From Eledone cirrhosa (Eukaryota): a stretch of DNA of 64,000 bases. Below, piece after piece: positions 37,505 through 50,169 of the stretch. The notes below the pieces were generated by a model. That model did no database searches and had not been told where the DNA came from. It saw nothing but the letters and a program-made list of their open reading frames with translations. The stretch covers positions 33,542,001 through 33,606,000 of the forward strand of contig OZ024755.1 of NCBI GenBank assembly GCA_964016885.1. Direction: 5' to 3'. The number at the start of each line of letters is the position of its first letter. Within the stretch, counting starts at the first letter, position 1. The translations under genes and the position numbers were made by a program.

Positions 37505-40500
37505 GGGGGTGTGGTGTGGTGTGGTGGTGTGGTGTGTAGTGTGGTAGTGTGTAGTGTGGTGTTGTAGTGTGGTAGTGTGTAGTGTGGTGTGGTAGTGTGG
37601 TGTAGTGTGGTGTGGTAGTGTAGTGTGGTGGTGTGGTGTTGTAGTGTGGTGGTGTGGTGTAGTGGTGTGGTGTGGTAGTGTAGTGTGGTGGTGTGGCGTT
37701 GTAGTGTGGTAGTGTGGTGTTGTAGTGTGGTGGTGTGGTGTAGTGTGGTGTAGTGTGGTAGTGTGTAGTGTGGTGTGGTGTGGTAGTGTGTAGTGTGGTG
37801 TGGTGTGGTGTAGTGTGGTGTGGTAGTGTGGTGTGGTGTGGTAGTGTAGTGTGGTGGTGTGGTGTGGTGTAGTGTGGTAGTGTGTAGTGTGGTGTGGTAG
37901 TGTGGTGTAGTGGTGTAGTGTGGTGTGGTGTGTAGTGTGGTAGTGTGTAGTGTGGTGTGGTGTGGTGTAGTGTGGTGTGGTAGTGTAGTGTGGTGGTGTG
38001 GTGTTGTAGTATGGTAGTGTGTAGTGTGGTGTAGTGGTGTGGTGTAGTGTGGTGTAGTGTGGTAGTGTGTAGTGTGGTGTGGTAGTGTGGTGTGGTGTAG
38101 TGTGGTGGTGTGGTGTTGTAGTGTGGTAGTGTGTAGTGTGGTGTTGTAGTGTGATAGTGTGTAGTGTGGTGTGGTAGTGTGGTGTGGTAGTGTGGTGTGG
38201 TGTAGTGGTGTAGTGTGGTGTGGTGTGGTGGTGTGGTGTGGTAGTGTAGTGTGGTGGTGTGGTGTTGTAGTGTGGTAGTGTGTAGTGTGGTAGTGTGGTG
38301 TGGTGTAGTGGTGTGGTGTAGTGTGGTGTAGTGTGGTAGTGTGTAGTGTGGTGTGGTGTGGTGTGGTGTGATGTAGTGTGGTGGTTGGTGTGGTGTGGTG
38401 TAGTACTGTGGTGTGGTGATGTAATTTAGTGGTGTGGTGCAGTGTGGTACTGTGGTGTGGTGTAGTGGTGTGGTGTAGTGTGGTACTATGGTGGTGTGGT
38501 GTTGTGTGGTACTGTGGTGTAGCATGGTACAGTGTTGTGGTGTTGTGTGGTAGTGTGGTGTGGTGTGGTGTAGTGTGGTACTGTGGTGTAGCATGGTACT
38601 GTGGTGTGGTGTAGCATGGTTCTGTGGTGGTGTGGTGTGGTGTTGTGTGGTACTGTGGTGTAGCATGGTACTGTGGTGTGGTGTAGCATGGTACTGTGGT
38701 GTGGTGTAGCGTGGTACTGTGGTGTAGCATGGTACTGTGGTGTGGTGTAGCATGGTACTGTGGTGTGGTGTAGCGTGGTACTGTGGTGTAGCATGGTACT
38801 GTGGTGTGGTGTAGTGTGGTACTGTGGTGTAGCATGGTACTGTGGTGTGGTGTAGTGTGGTACTGTGGTGTAGCATGGTACTGTGGTGTGGTGTAGCATG
38901 GTTCTGTGGTGGTGTGGTGTGGTGTTGTGTGGTACTGTGGTGTAGCATGGTACTGTGGTGTGGTGTAGCATGGTACTGTGGTGTGGTGTAGTGTGGTACT
39001 GTGGTGTAGCATGGTACTGTGGTGTGGTGTAGCATGGTTCTGTGGTGGTGTGGTGTGGTGTTGTGTGGTACTGTGGTGTAGCATGGTACTGTGGTGTGGT
39101 GTAGCATGGTACTGCGGTGTGGTGTAGCGTGGTACTGTGGTGTAGCATGGTACTGTGGTGTGGTGTAGCATGGTACTGTGGTGTGGTGTAGTGTGGTACT
39201 GTGGTGTAGCATGGTACTGTGGTGTGGTGTAGTGTGGTACTGTGGTGTAGCATGGTACTGTGGTGTGGTGTAGTGTGGTACTGTGGTGTAGCATGGTACT
39301 GTGGTGTGGTGTAGTGTGGTACTGTGGTGTAGCATGGTACTGTGGTGTGGTGTAGCATGGTTCTGTGGTGGTGTGGTGTGGTGTTGTGTGGTACTGTGGT
39401 GTAGCATGGTACTGTGGTGTGGTGTAGCGTGGTTCTGTGGTGTGGTGTAGTGTGGTACTGTGGTGTAGCATGGTACTGTGGAGTGGTGTAGCGTGGTTCT
39501 GTGGTGGTGTGGTGTGGTGTTGTGTGGTACTGTGGTGTAGCATGGTACTGTGGTGTGACGTTGTGTGGTAGTGTGGTGTGGTGTTGTGTGGTAGTATGGT
39601 GTGGTATGGTGTAGTGTGGTGTTGTGTGGTAGTATGGTGTGGTGTGGTGTTGTGTGGTAGTATGGTGTAGTGTGGTGTGGTGTGGTTGTATGGTGCGGTG
39701 TGGTGTAGTGTTGTGTGGTTGTATGGTGTGGTGTTGTGTGGTAGTATGGTGTGGTGTTGTGTGGTAGTATGGTGTGGTGTTGTGTGGTGTTGTGTAGTAG
39801 TATGGTGTAGTGTGGTGTGCTGTTGTGTGGTAGTATGGTGTGGTGTGGTGTAGTGTGGTGTTGTGTGGTAGTATGGTGTAGTGTGGTGTGCTGTTGTGTG
39901 GTGTAGTGTGGTGTGGTAGTATGGTGAGGTATTGTGTGGTGGTGTGGTGTTGTGTGGTAGTGTGGTGTGGTGTAGTGTGGTGTGGTGTTGTGTGGTAGTA
40001 TGGTGTAGTGTGGTGTAGTGTGGTAGTATTGTGTGGTGTAGTGTGGTGTGGTGGTGTGGTGTTGTGTGGTAGTATGGTGTGGTGGGGTGATGTGGTGTGT
40101 GGTAGTATGGTGTGGTGTGGTGTAGTGTGGTGTGGTGTTGTGTGGTAGTATGGTGTGGTGTGGTGTAGTGTGGTGTGGTGTTGTGTGGTAGTATGGTGTA
40201 GTGTGGTGTGGTGTGGTGTGGTGTGGTAGTATGGTGTTGTGTGGTGTGGTGTGGTGTGGTGTGATAGTATGGTGTGGTGTAGTGTGGTGTGGTAGTATGG
40301 TGTGGTAGTATGGTGTGGTGTGGTCGTGTAGTGTTGTGTGGTAGTATGGTGTAGTGTGGTGTGGTGTTGTGTGGTAGTATGGTTTTGTGTGGTAGTATGG
40401 TGTGGTGTGGTAGTATGGTGTTGTGTGGTAGTATGGTGTTGTGTGGTAGTATGGTGTAGTGCTGTGTGGTAGTATGGTGTGGTGTGGTGTAGTGTGGTGT

Positions 40501-40560
40501 GGTGTGGTGTGGCGTTGTGTGGTAGTATGGTGTAGTGTGGTAGTATGGTGGGGTGTGGTA
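37505..40560. repeat. (GTGTG/GTAGT)n pentamer satellite with a central GGTACTGTGGTGTAGCAT minisatellite
   Basis: Directly visible; almost pure G+T on the plus strand. Confidence 0.95.
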
Positions 40561-40659
40561 CGAGAATGTTGGCTTCTGAGTTCAGCAATAATATATCCTG
40601 GCTCTACTTTAATAAATAAAACCTTTTGCTATGTTTAAGTAAATATTATAACTTGAGGG

Positions 40660-40930
40660 CGGTGGATTGGCACTATCGGTAGAAGATTGGACACCCTGCT
40701 TTGCAGCATAGAGTTATGGCCCCTTACCACTATGTAAAGCGGTGGATTGGCAGTATCAGTAGAGGGTCAGACGCCATGCTTTGCAGCAAAGAGTTACGGC
40801 TCTTTATGATCTGAGCTCAAATCCCGCTGAGGTTAACTTTGCCTTTCATCCTTACGGGGTCGATAAAATAAAGTACCAGTAATGTACTTGGGTAATTGCT
40901 GGCCTTGTGCCAAAAGTAGAAACAATTATT
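40660..40930 (+). mobile_element. SINE family 1 (partial head plus full copy)
   Basis: Duplicated head GGTGGATTGGCA, then full core and tail. Confidence 0.85.
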
Positions 40931-41703
40931 AAAATATCATAATATAATAAAGGGACGAGTGCGGGACTGTGTCCTGAATATATTTTTCTTATCCCATTAG
41001 TAAAATAAGTTAGATTACTTTGAATAAATAAGTGTTTCTACTTTAGGCACAAGGCCAGCAATTACCCAATGCATTACCGGTACTTTATTTTATTGACCCC
41101 GTAAGTAATGAATGAATATTACATAATTTATCTACTAAATTTTGTAGATTTTGATTACACATAAATATTCTTATATATATAATTATTGCTTATTTTAAGA
41201 TTCACTTCTTTTAAAATTTTCAAATGTCAACACTGCCGGTTAGGGTCCATTATATCAGAACACTTATTATATCACTTATATAAACATTCATATATTTGCA
41301 TCGTTTTAAAATGTTTATATTTCTGTCACTAATTTTCTCCTTTTTCGTTTTCATTGCATTTCACCGTAATTTAGGTTATATATAATATCGTCTTTTTTAA
41401 ATGTATGATGGATTACTTTACTGATTACATAAGACAGTGTAACACAGCTTCTCTTCAATTTCTGTGTATATTGTCAATTACGATTTTATTTGATGTATCA
41501 TATCTACATGTATATATATTTGCGTATAATATCAATATACACACTACACATGTTAGCAGAAAACCATCCGAAGCATGGTTTTTCTTCTAGTAAATATTGT
41601 TTCTACTTTAGGCACAAGGCCAGAAATTACCCAGTACATTACTGGTACTTTATTTAATATTAATTACTAATCTAGGCACAAGGGAAGGTAAAATAGTGAT
41701 AAT

Positions 41704-41850
41704 TGTTTCTACTTTTGGCACAAGGCCATCAATTACCCAGTACATGACTGGTACTTTATTTTATCGACCCCGTAAGGATGAAAGGCAAAGTTAACCTCGG
41801 CGGGATTTGAACTCCGAGGTTAACTTTGCTTTCATCCTTACGGGGTCGAT
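41704..41850 (-). mobile_element. SINE family 1 with 5' fold-back inversion and TSD
   Basis: Flanked by AAAATAGTGATAAT on both sides; internal inverted repeat of the core. Confidence 0.8.
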
Positions 41851-42689
41851 AAAATAGTGATAATGATGATGAGATATATAACTTGTGCAATATGTCTTCA
41901 GAATGTTCTAGTGAGGAATATAAGCCATTGAAATATATAGCAAAATAGCTTTGTTTTTTCACGTACAAGCAGCTCTTATGGATGAAAAAGCATCCCAGGT
42001 AAAATTTGAGAATGATCCATGTTTTAGATTTGTCATAGTTCAGTCTGATTTGGAACACTTCTTTACACAGTGTTTGATTCCTTGTGGCTTCACTCTTGTA
42101 ATGGGGATATATTGCATTCAATTGGATGTGTAGCCGACTTTTGAAAGTCCAAAGATTTCAGTGGTCATTGCAAGATATGAAAGAAGGAAAAAAATACTTC
42201 TTTAGATGAGTAAACACTGACATGCTCCAATGATTTTAGTCTAAACACACCGAAATCAATACAATAGAACACACTCTAATCTACCAGCATTGTAAAGCAA
42301 TGAAATGCATTGACTAATAAAATTAGATACAAAAATACAATTCATTGCCAAGACTTCAATAGTATATACTCTATGAGTCATAAAAATAGTACAAGTTGAA
42401 ATTGTTGATATTAACACTAACAGAAACACTACCAAGACTGGAAGTTCAAGATATGATTACAGTTCTACTAAATATAAACAAAATCTTTGAGTACATGGAA
42501 GCCACGAAAAGATTCAACAACAGAAACTTCTTTTTTACAGCTTCCCTTGTTTCCTCTTTTCCTTTCTTTTTCGTTTTCTTATGACATAATCTTTAATATT
42601 TGAAATTTTATTTTATTTTTTCCCTTTTTATTTTTTTTTATTTCTTATCTCACTAGCTCTTTTTTTTTATTACCAACTGTAATCCTAGT

Positions 42690-42868
42690 AGAGGAAAACC
42701 ACGAAAATCATGGGCGGAGGTGGTGAGAGCCTGACCTCAGATCACTGAAGCTTACGGAGGAGATGACGTGGCAAAGAACCGTTATGAATGTAGAGATGCT
42801 GTGCTGAATAAGACCCGTCCCACGCTTGCCAGCAGGGAAAAGCCGATGTATGATGATGATGATGATGA
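42690..42868 (+). mobile_element. RTE family A 3' fragment
   Basis: Matches 55725-55915. Confidence 0.85.
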
Positions 42869-43154
42869 AGGAGTACTCAATACTTCCCCTAGCCTGTCAT
42901 GGCTTACTAGCTTACGGACGTTTAAATTGATTGAATAAATAAATAAACAAGTCTACATTGATAAGTTTATGAGACCCAGGATTATGACAGTAAAACAGCT
43001 TCTGCAGTAAGAAAAATATGCCAAATATTGCTGCACGTTCAGACCATATCCTTGTGGTTGTGGTTTAAAAACAACTTATAAATAAAGCATGACTAAGAGA
43101 CAAGAAATAGCACCATAAACCACAAACTTCAAATATATATACTACAATATTGGT

Positions 43155-43360
43155 AATGGTTTCTGGTTTAGGCACAAGGCCAGCAGTTTTGGGAGAGTGT
43201 TAAGTCAATTAAATCGACCCCAGTGCATGACTGGTACTTTATTTTATCGACCCTGTAAGGATGAAAGGCAAAGCTAACTTTGGTAGGATTTGAACCCGGA
43301 ACGTAAAGGGCCGTAACTCTATGCCGCCAAGCATATTGTGTTATTTTCTACCGATACTGT
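43155..43360 (-). mobile_element. SINE family 1 (long-tail variant)
   Basis: Core and B-box present, with an extra ATTAAATCGACCCCAG segment. Confidence 0.8.
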
Positions 43361-43488
43361 CATATTGATAATAACATTGTGCAAGGCCTTTGTGAAATGT
43401 AAAAACTGAATAGTCATCAAAAGTAGATAGGAAAGTATATTTAGTTTTTCTTTCTCTATACGTTTGTCTTTTGTGTATTTCTCTGGTT

Positions 43489-44880
43489 CAGGGTTCAGCA
43501 ACTTCATTGCCTCCACGGGCCGGATCGAGTATTAATGACGGATAGCTGGCCGGACGAAAGCCATGAAAGAATAATTACGGAAAATTACACAAGCTAAAAT
43601 TTAATCACGAGTGTTGACTTTACTTAAAAAGAATTTGTATTAACCCCAGATGGATGGAGTAATGGAGAAACATCAGTTATTCAATTGAAGACATCATTGG
43701 AATCATTTGTTTAACAATTCTTTAAAATACATAACACAATTTTTAATTGTGTTTTTGCTGTCAAAGAGTTCACATCCGGTTGGTGGTGGACATTAGGTGG
43801 AGTGAATCAGTGGTGGTGGGCATTAGGTGGAGTGAATCAGTGGTGGTGGACATTAGGTGGAGTGAATCAGTGGTGGTGGACATTAGGTGGAGTGAATCAG
43901 TGGTGGTGTGGTGGACATTAGGTGGAGTGAATCAGTGGTGGTGGACATTAGGTGGAGTGAATCAGTGGTGGTGTGGTGGACATTAGGTGGAGTGAATCAG
44001 TGGTGGTGGACATTAGGTGGAGTGAATCAGTGGTGGTGGACATTAGGTGGAGTGAATTAGTGGTGGTGGACATTAGGTGGAGTGAATCAGTGGTGGTGGA
44101 CATTAGGTGGAGTGAATCAGTGGTGGTGGACATTAGGTGGAGTGAATCAGTGGTGGTGGACATTAGGTGGAGTGAATCAGTGGTGGTGTGGTGGAGATTA
44201 GGAGGAGTGAATCAGTGGTGGTGTGGTGGACATTAGGTGGAGTGAATCAGTGGTGGTGTGGTGGAGATTAGGTGGAGTGAATCAGTGGTGGTGTGGTGGA
44301 GATTAGGTGGAGTGAATCAGTGGTGGTGTGGTGGAGATTAGGTGGAGTGAATCAGTGGTGGTGGACATTAGGTGGAGTGAATCAGTGGTGGTGGACATTA
44401 GGTGGAGTGAATCAGTGGTGGTGTGGTGGACATTAGGTGGAGTGAATCAGTGGTGGTGGACATTAGGAGGAGTGAATCAGTGGTGGTGGACATTAGGGGG
44501 AGTGAATCAGTGGTGGTGGTAGACATTAGGGGGAGTGAATCAGTGGTGGTGGACATTAGGTGGAGTGAATCAGTGGTGGTGTGGTGGACATTAGGTAGAG
44601 TGAATCAGTGGTGGTGTGGTGGACATTAGGTAGAGTGAATCAGTGGTGGTGTGGTGGAGATTAGGTGGAGTGAATCAGTGGTGGTGGACATTAGGTAGGG
44701 TGAATCAGAAGATTTGTGGAAAAATGTAACAGCATGCCTTTTATTGTATTCGAAAGTCTCGTCTCTCATATTACAATAAATTTACATTTTAAATAAACAA
44801 CTCATTGGGCATCCAGTGAGTCGGTCATAATCCCTTCGTGGGCCGGATTCGGCCCACAGACCTTAGGTTGTTGACCCCTG
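43489..44880. mobile_element. hAT (Charlie/Buster-like) non-autonomous element
   Basis: TIRs CAGGGTTCAGCAAC / GTTGTTGACCCCTG; subterminal GGGCCGGAT motifs; 8-bp TSD CTCTGGTT (43481) / CTCTAGTT (44881). Confidence 0.8.
43781..44708. repeat. 30/35-bp minisatellite inside the hAT element
   Basis: Unit TGGTGGTGGACATTAGGTGGAGTGAATCAG, with some +5 bp variants. Confidence 0.95.
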
Positions 44881-45497
44881 CTCTAGTTGTTCTTTATTTC
44901 ACCAGTCAGCCTGCCATCAACTATCTAACCACACATCAGTTTAAGTTTACAAACTCACCTCTTTGCTTGTTGTAACCTTGCCATCAGAACAGCTGGAGAA
45001 AAGATCAGCTTTGCTGTGCAGTGTCGAAGGTATAGCAACCCCAAGTAAAAATCAACTCCAATAATTCACCGATGCTTATTTTTATCAATAACTAAGTTAA
45101 CTGACTTCCAACTAACCGAAATAAAATGAATTGATCGCTCTACCAGGTGACATAATCCAATAACAGCATAAAGATATGAACCTATATCTTGGTGGCCAAA
45201 AATCCATTTATGTATTTAACTAACAATATCATATATTGAGACTTTCCAGTGTCTTTTAATAACAACATTGGCCAGTAATAACATCACTGACCAATAATCA
45301 ATTTCCATTTAAAGAATGATTGGCTTATACTACTGATATTACTTTTCACAACATACTTTTAAATTGTCTTTAACACATTTAGCTTCAACATAGAAATTGA
45401 TTGAATCTAGACACATCTTGCTCTAATAATAATTATTTAAGGTAATAATCATACACATTAAAAACAATCTTGTCATGGAAATTAGACATGCTATAAC

Positions 45498-46256
45498 AGC
45501 AAAACAAAAATGTAGTTTGTTGGCTTTAGGCAACAAACTATTGTTTGAAATGGCTGAAATAATTGTTTCTACTTTTGGCACAAGGCCAGTGATTACCCAG
45601 TACATTACTGAAGCTTTATTTTATTTCAACCCCGTAAGGATGAAAGGCAAAGTGAACTTCTAACCTTCGTGGCATGGATTTGAACTCAGACCGTAACTCT
45701 ATGCTGTAAAGTATGGCATCCGACCCTCTACCGATACTGCCAATCCACCGCCCTATTAATACTGAAGTGGCCGAAATAATTGTTTCTACTTTTGGCACAA
45801 GGCCAGCAAATACCCAGTGCATTACTGGTACTTTATTTTATCGACCCCCCGTAAGGATGAAAGGCAAAGTCAACCTCAACGGGATTTGAACTCAGACCGT
45901 AAAGGGACGTAACTCTATGCTGGAAAGCATGGCGTCAGACCCTCTACCGATACTGCCAATTTACCGCTGAAATAATTGTTTCTACATTTGGCACAAGGCC
46001 AGCAATTATCCCAGTGCATTACTGGTACTTTATTTTATCGACCCCCCCCCCCGTAAGGATGAAAGGCAAAGTCAACGGGATTTGAACTCAGACCGTAAAG
46101 GGACGTAACTCTATGCTGGAAAGCATGGCGTCTGACCCTCTACCGATACTGCCAATTCACCGCTGAAATAATTGTTTCTACATTTGGCACAAGGCCAGCA
46201 ATTATCCCAGTGTATTACTGGTACTTTATTTTATCGACCCCGTAAGGATGAAAGGC
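45498..46256 (-). mobile_element. Tandem array of four SINE family 1 copies
   Basis: AAATAATTGTTTCTAC tails at about 45497, 45774, 45970 and 46166, each followed by the core. Confidence 0.85.
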
Positions 46257-47364
46257 TCGACTAGTTGGAGTTTGTAACACAAATATTCTAACATGAGTTT
46301 TACCATGTATTTGCGTATATGTGTGTGCTTATATGTTTCTCTGAGATATCATCATCACCGTTTGACGTCCATTCTTCCACACTAGCATGGGTTAGACGGG
46401 TTGTCCTGTTGTGGGCAATGTTAGATCAGGAGACCAGGCTTGGTTTCTACAGATGGATGCCCTTCCTAATGCTCACCTCATTTACAGTGAGTACTGGGTG
46501 CTTTTTGTTGTGACACCGACATGACCCCTTTACAGTGTGGGCTGTAGCCTCAGTGGAATTTGAACTCAGAATGGCAAGGGCCGTAACTCTATGAATCAAA
46601 GCATAGAGTCCGATCCTCTACCGATTCTGCCAATCCACCAGTTAATAATGATCAAGGAGAATGATTCCGTTAAAACATTCATGTAATGCGAACCTGAGAC
46701 CGAGGATTATGAAATAGATGCATGAAGGTTAGCTGTTGTTGGATGTCATATTGCTAGAACCCAGATTTAATTTAAAAGAGAAAATCATATTCATAACTCA
46801 TTTAAAAATGTATATAGTGCCTATTCATCAATTACATGTGGACCTAATTGAATCTATGATATAAAAATAAGGTTAGAATTATGTATGAATTAATCAACTG
46901 AATGCTGTTTTGATTCAAGCACAGAACGAATTCTGAATAAAATGTTATTCAAAAGTATCGGTGAAATTGAGAAAAGATACAAACTGTTACATTAAAATAT
47001 AACTAGAAAAAATGAACTAAAAGCAGATTTGGAATTAGCATCCTAAATCCATTTATAAAAGGTTAATTTTGTTTCTGACTAGCAGTGGTACCCGGCGTTG
47101 CACGGGATAAGGTATTGTGAAATATATAACCGCCTTAGCTAAGCTTAGTATTGCCACAACCACAGCTGGCAAAGAAGTAAGGACCATAACTCTTTGCTGC
47201 AAAGCATGGCATCAGACCCTCTACCGATACTGCCATGTCTAAAATAATAATGAATGATGTAGAATCCCCTTTGAATGGCATCTTTTATCTCTACTGTCGC
47301 CAGTCCAGCCTGGCTGTGACATTATAGCCAGCTTAGACAGCGACAAAGTCTATGCGGAAACATC

Positions 47365-47700
47365 AGTTAACCTCGGCGGGATTTGAACTCAGACCATAAA
47401 GGGCCGTAACCTTATGCTGCAAAGCATGGCGTCCGACCCTCTACCGATACTTCCAATAACAATAACAACAACAATTCTGCTATCATCACATGTATCGGTA
47501 GAGGGTCGGATGCCATGCTTTGCCGCATAGAGTTACGGCCCTTTATGATCTGAGTTCAAATCCCGCTGAGGTTAACTTTGCCTTTGATCCTTACGGGCTT
47601 GATAAAATAAAGTACCAGTCACACACTAGAGCCAATTTCATCGACTTTTCCCTCCCCCCTCCCCAAATTGCTGGCCTTGTGCCTAAATAAGAAACCATTA
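47365..47700. mobile_element. Head-to-head pair of SINE family 1 copies
   Basis: Minus head at 47365-47455 and plus copy at 47490-47700. Confidence 0.8.
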
Positions 47701-48130
47701 TTTTCATCAACATTTTCACCATCATTGAACCAACCTTGAACATCTTAAACATCATTACCACTCCCACCCAACCTCCCTCAGTTTCACCCCTCCTCCTCTT
47801 CTTCCTCTTTTATCCACTTCACCTCTTCCTTAACCCCTCACCCATCATATTCCTACTTCCTCCACAAGCTTCAGTTGCAGAGTGAAAGTATTTTTATGAA
47901 TTCTAAGTTCCAGCTTTAATTTAATATATATTTAGGCAATATAAAATGTCTTGTTTTTTACAGAACGCTTTATTGTTACAATTATATTTGTGTTATATGT
48001 TGCATTTTTCAAATCTAATGAACAGAAAACGCATTAAAAGGATACATAATGATTTCTTCTCCTTCTCCAAATGTTCGTCAGTATAATATCTATATGTGTG
48101 CATGAATGTATATGTGTGTGTGTATATATA

Positions 48131-48590
48131 CAGGGTGCGGACGATATCTGTTCGCAAGATTACTGTCTAGGACAAAATAACACAGTAGTTTTATTTTTTA
48201 AGATTTATTTATCAAACTTGGGTCAGTTTGTCTTTATGACTTGTTCTTTCGATCTCACTCGATAAACCCGCCATTGGCTTTGATGACGGCCTCAAGGCAG
48301 CCTCGGAACCGGCTACAGGCCTTCGTCACTGTCCCCCGACTTAGGCCCCTAAAAGCACTTGTGATCCTGGCCTTCAGATCGTCTTTCGTATTGCAGCTAG
48401 ATCTGTTGGTGCCTCGTTCCACTGTGCCCCACACTAAGAAGTCGAGGGGGTTGCAGTCAGGCAAGCTGGGAGGCCAGATGTCAGGTGAAGTGTGGTCGAC
48501 GAAGTTCTCTGACAGCCAGGCTTGTGTCTTTCGGCTGGTATGGCAGGGCGCTGAGTCTTGCTGCCACACGTACGGCCTACCTGCAGCTAC
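48131..48590 (-). mobile_element. Tc1/mariner DD37D (maT-type) transposase 3' remnant
   Basis: QQDSAPCH...WPPSLPDCNPLD with 37 residues between the two Asp; C-terminal LEAVIKANGGFIE; terminus TA|CAGGGTG at 48129-48137. Confidence 0.85.
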
Positions 48591-48720
48591 CTGTTTCTGT
48601 TTTCTCGTCTACTTACAAGGACCTTAGTCTTTGTCATGTTGACTTTGAGACCCTTTCTTTCTAGTCCCTGCTTCCAAGTTTGGAATTTCTTCTCTAGTTC
48701 TACCATAGTTCTACCATATC
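48590..48720 (-). mobile_element. RTE family B RT fragment
   Basis: Minus strand ELEKKFQTWKQGLERKGLKVNMTKTKVL; homologous to 21080-21190. Confidence 0.8.
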
Positions 48721-48723
48721 AGC

Positions 48724-48758
<35 letters not shown>

Positions 48759-49542
48759 AGTGGGTATGCATACGTTGTGGCTGGCTTTGTCAAATATTAA
48801 AAATAAAATAAGAATTGTATTTCTCGCTCTAGCACAGCTGATACATAAAAGTAAGTATGCATACATACACACATACATATATATACACAGATCTATCTCT
48901 CTCTCTCTATATATATACATATATACATATATATATATATCATCATCATCATCATTTTACGTCCACTTTTCCCTGCTTGCATATATATATGATGGCTGCT
49001 CCCTCATTATCGAGTATGGCCATTGCATGATATACCATTATTAATTAATTCTATTGTGCAATGCCTGTGCGTGAAGATATGTTTTAAAGTAAGGAAATAC
49101 GGTGCACTGAGCCAATCCCACTCTTTGAGCGACAGTAGCTATAACCTGAAAAGAAGAAAAGATCAACATCATCGGTTACTACTGAGCCACAGGTTTTATA
49201 TCGGAGTTATCCCAGTTTCCTGAGTTGCCTTTTCCTAGAAGAATGCCCTGACAAAGGCTAGGGGTCCTTCACTCCCAGTGGTTTAACCGTGCGTTACATG
49301 TGTATATACATATTTACACACTTTTGGATGGCCGTTGACTCTTATGTGTTCTTCCGCCCTTTATCAGGTTTTGTTTTTTGTCCTGCAGGGTGTCTAAAAT
49401 CGCCCTCCTTACCAGTTAACTTGGTGGGGTTGCCAGTTTAGTCGCCAACGACCCGACCATGCGACAGGTTGTACTGGGTTACATGCTACCAGTAGCACTC
49501 AAGAGTGCATATATACATACACATATGCATGTATAGGTTATA

Positions 49543-49689
49543 TTTGTTTCTTCTTTAGGCACAAGGCCAGCAATAACCCAGTTCATTACTGGTACTTTAT
49601 TTTATCGACCCCGTAAGGATGAAAGGCAACGTCAACCTCGGCGGGATTTGAACTCAGATCGTAAAGGATCTGAGTTCAAATCCCGCCGA
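49543..49689 (-). mobile_element. SINE family 1 with 5' fold-back and TSD
   Basis: ATAGGTTATA at 49533 and 49690; inverted GATCTGAGTTCAAATCCCGCCG at the 5' end. Confidence 0.8.
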
Positions 49690-50169
49690 ATAGGTTATAG
49701 TGAACATTAATAATAATGTTCGGTTTGTTTGTAAACAAACAAGCCCAATTAGAATGCCTTGCCAGTGACCAGTCAGATATGTATTATATTTTCACGGTAA
49801 AGGCATAATTATCTGACATAAATATCTCACTTAATATCGAATCTATGAGATTTTCATATTTATTTTGAGAACAATACCTTAACATCAATATGAGGAGCTG
49901 GTTACTGCCAGTTTCAACAGAAAGAGCTGAGAGAAATATGAGTTAAATTAAAAATCTAACAATTTAGATCAGTTATATTGTTATGTTTAGAATCACATTA
50001 ATCATTGTATTCATAGTTTGAAAACCTTGTATCCGTTTCTATTCTATGCCAAAAAATTAAGCTAGAATTGAAGGCAAAGCATTATATTATTTACTTATTA
50101 TTGTTGTTTAGTTCTTTATGTTTTGTTCAAGGAAATATATATATATATATAAATATATATTTACATATG

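Noticed and set aside
36102-40588. Mucin/extensin-like or His-rich proteins
   Set aside because: Translations of tri- and pentanucleotide simple repeats, open in most frames.
41880-42190. Possible exon or pseudogene fragment
   Set aside because: Short open frames on both strands with no recognisable homology or consistent splice pair.
49200-49505. HDV-like ribozyme or RTE 5' UTR
   Set aside because: GC-richer and repeat-like, but I could not trace the nested double pseudoknot by eye.
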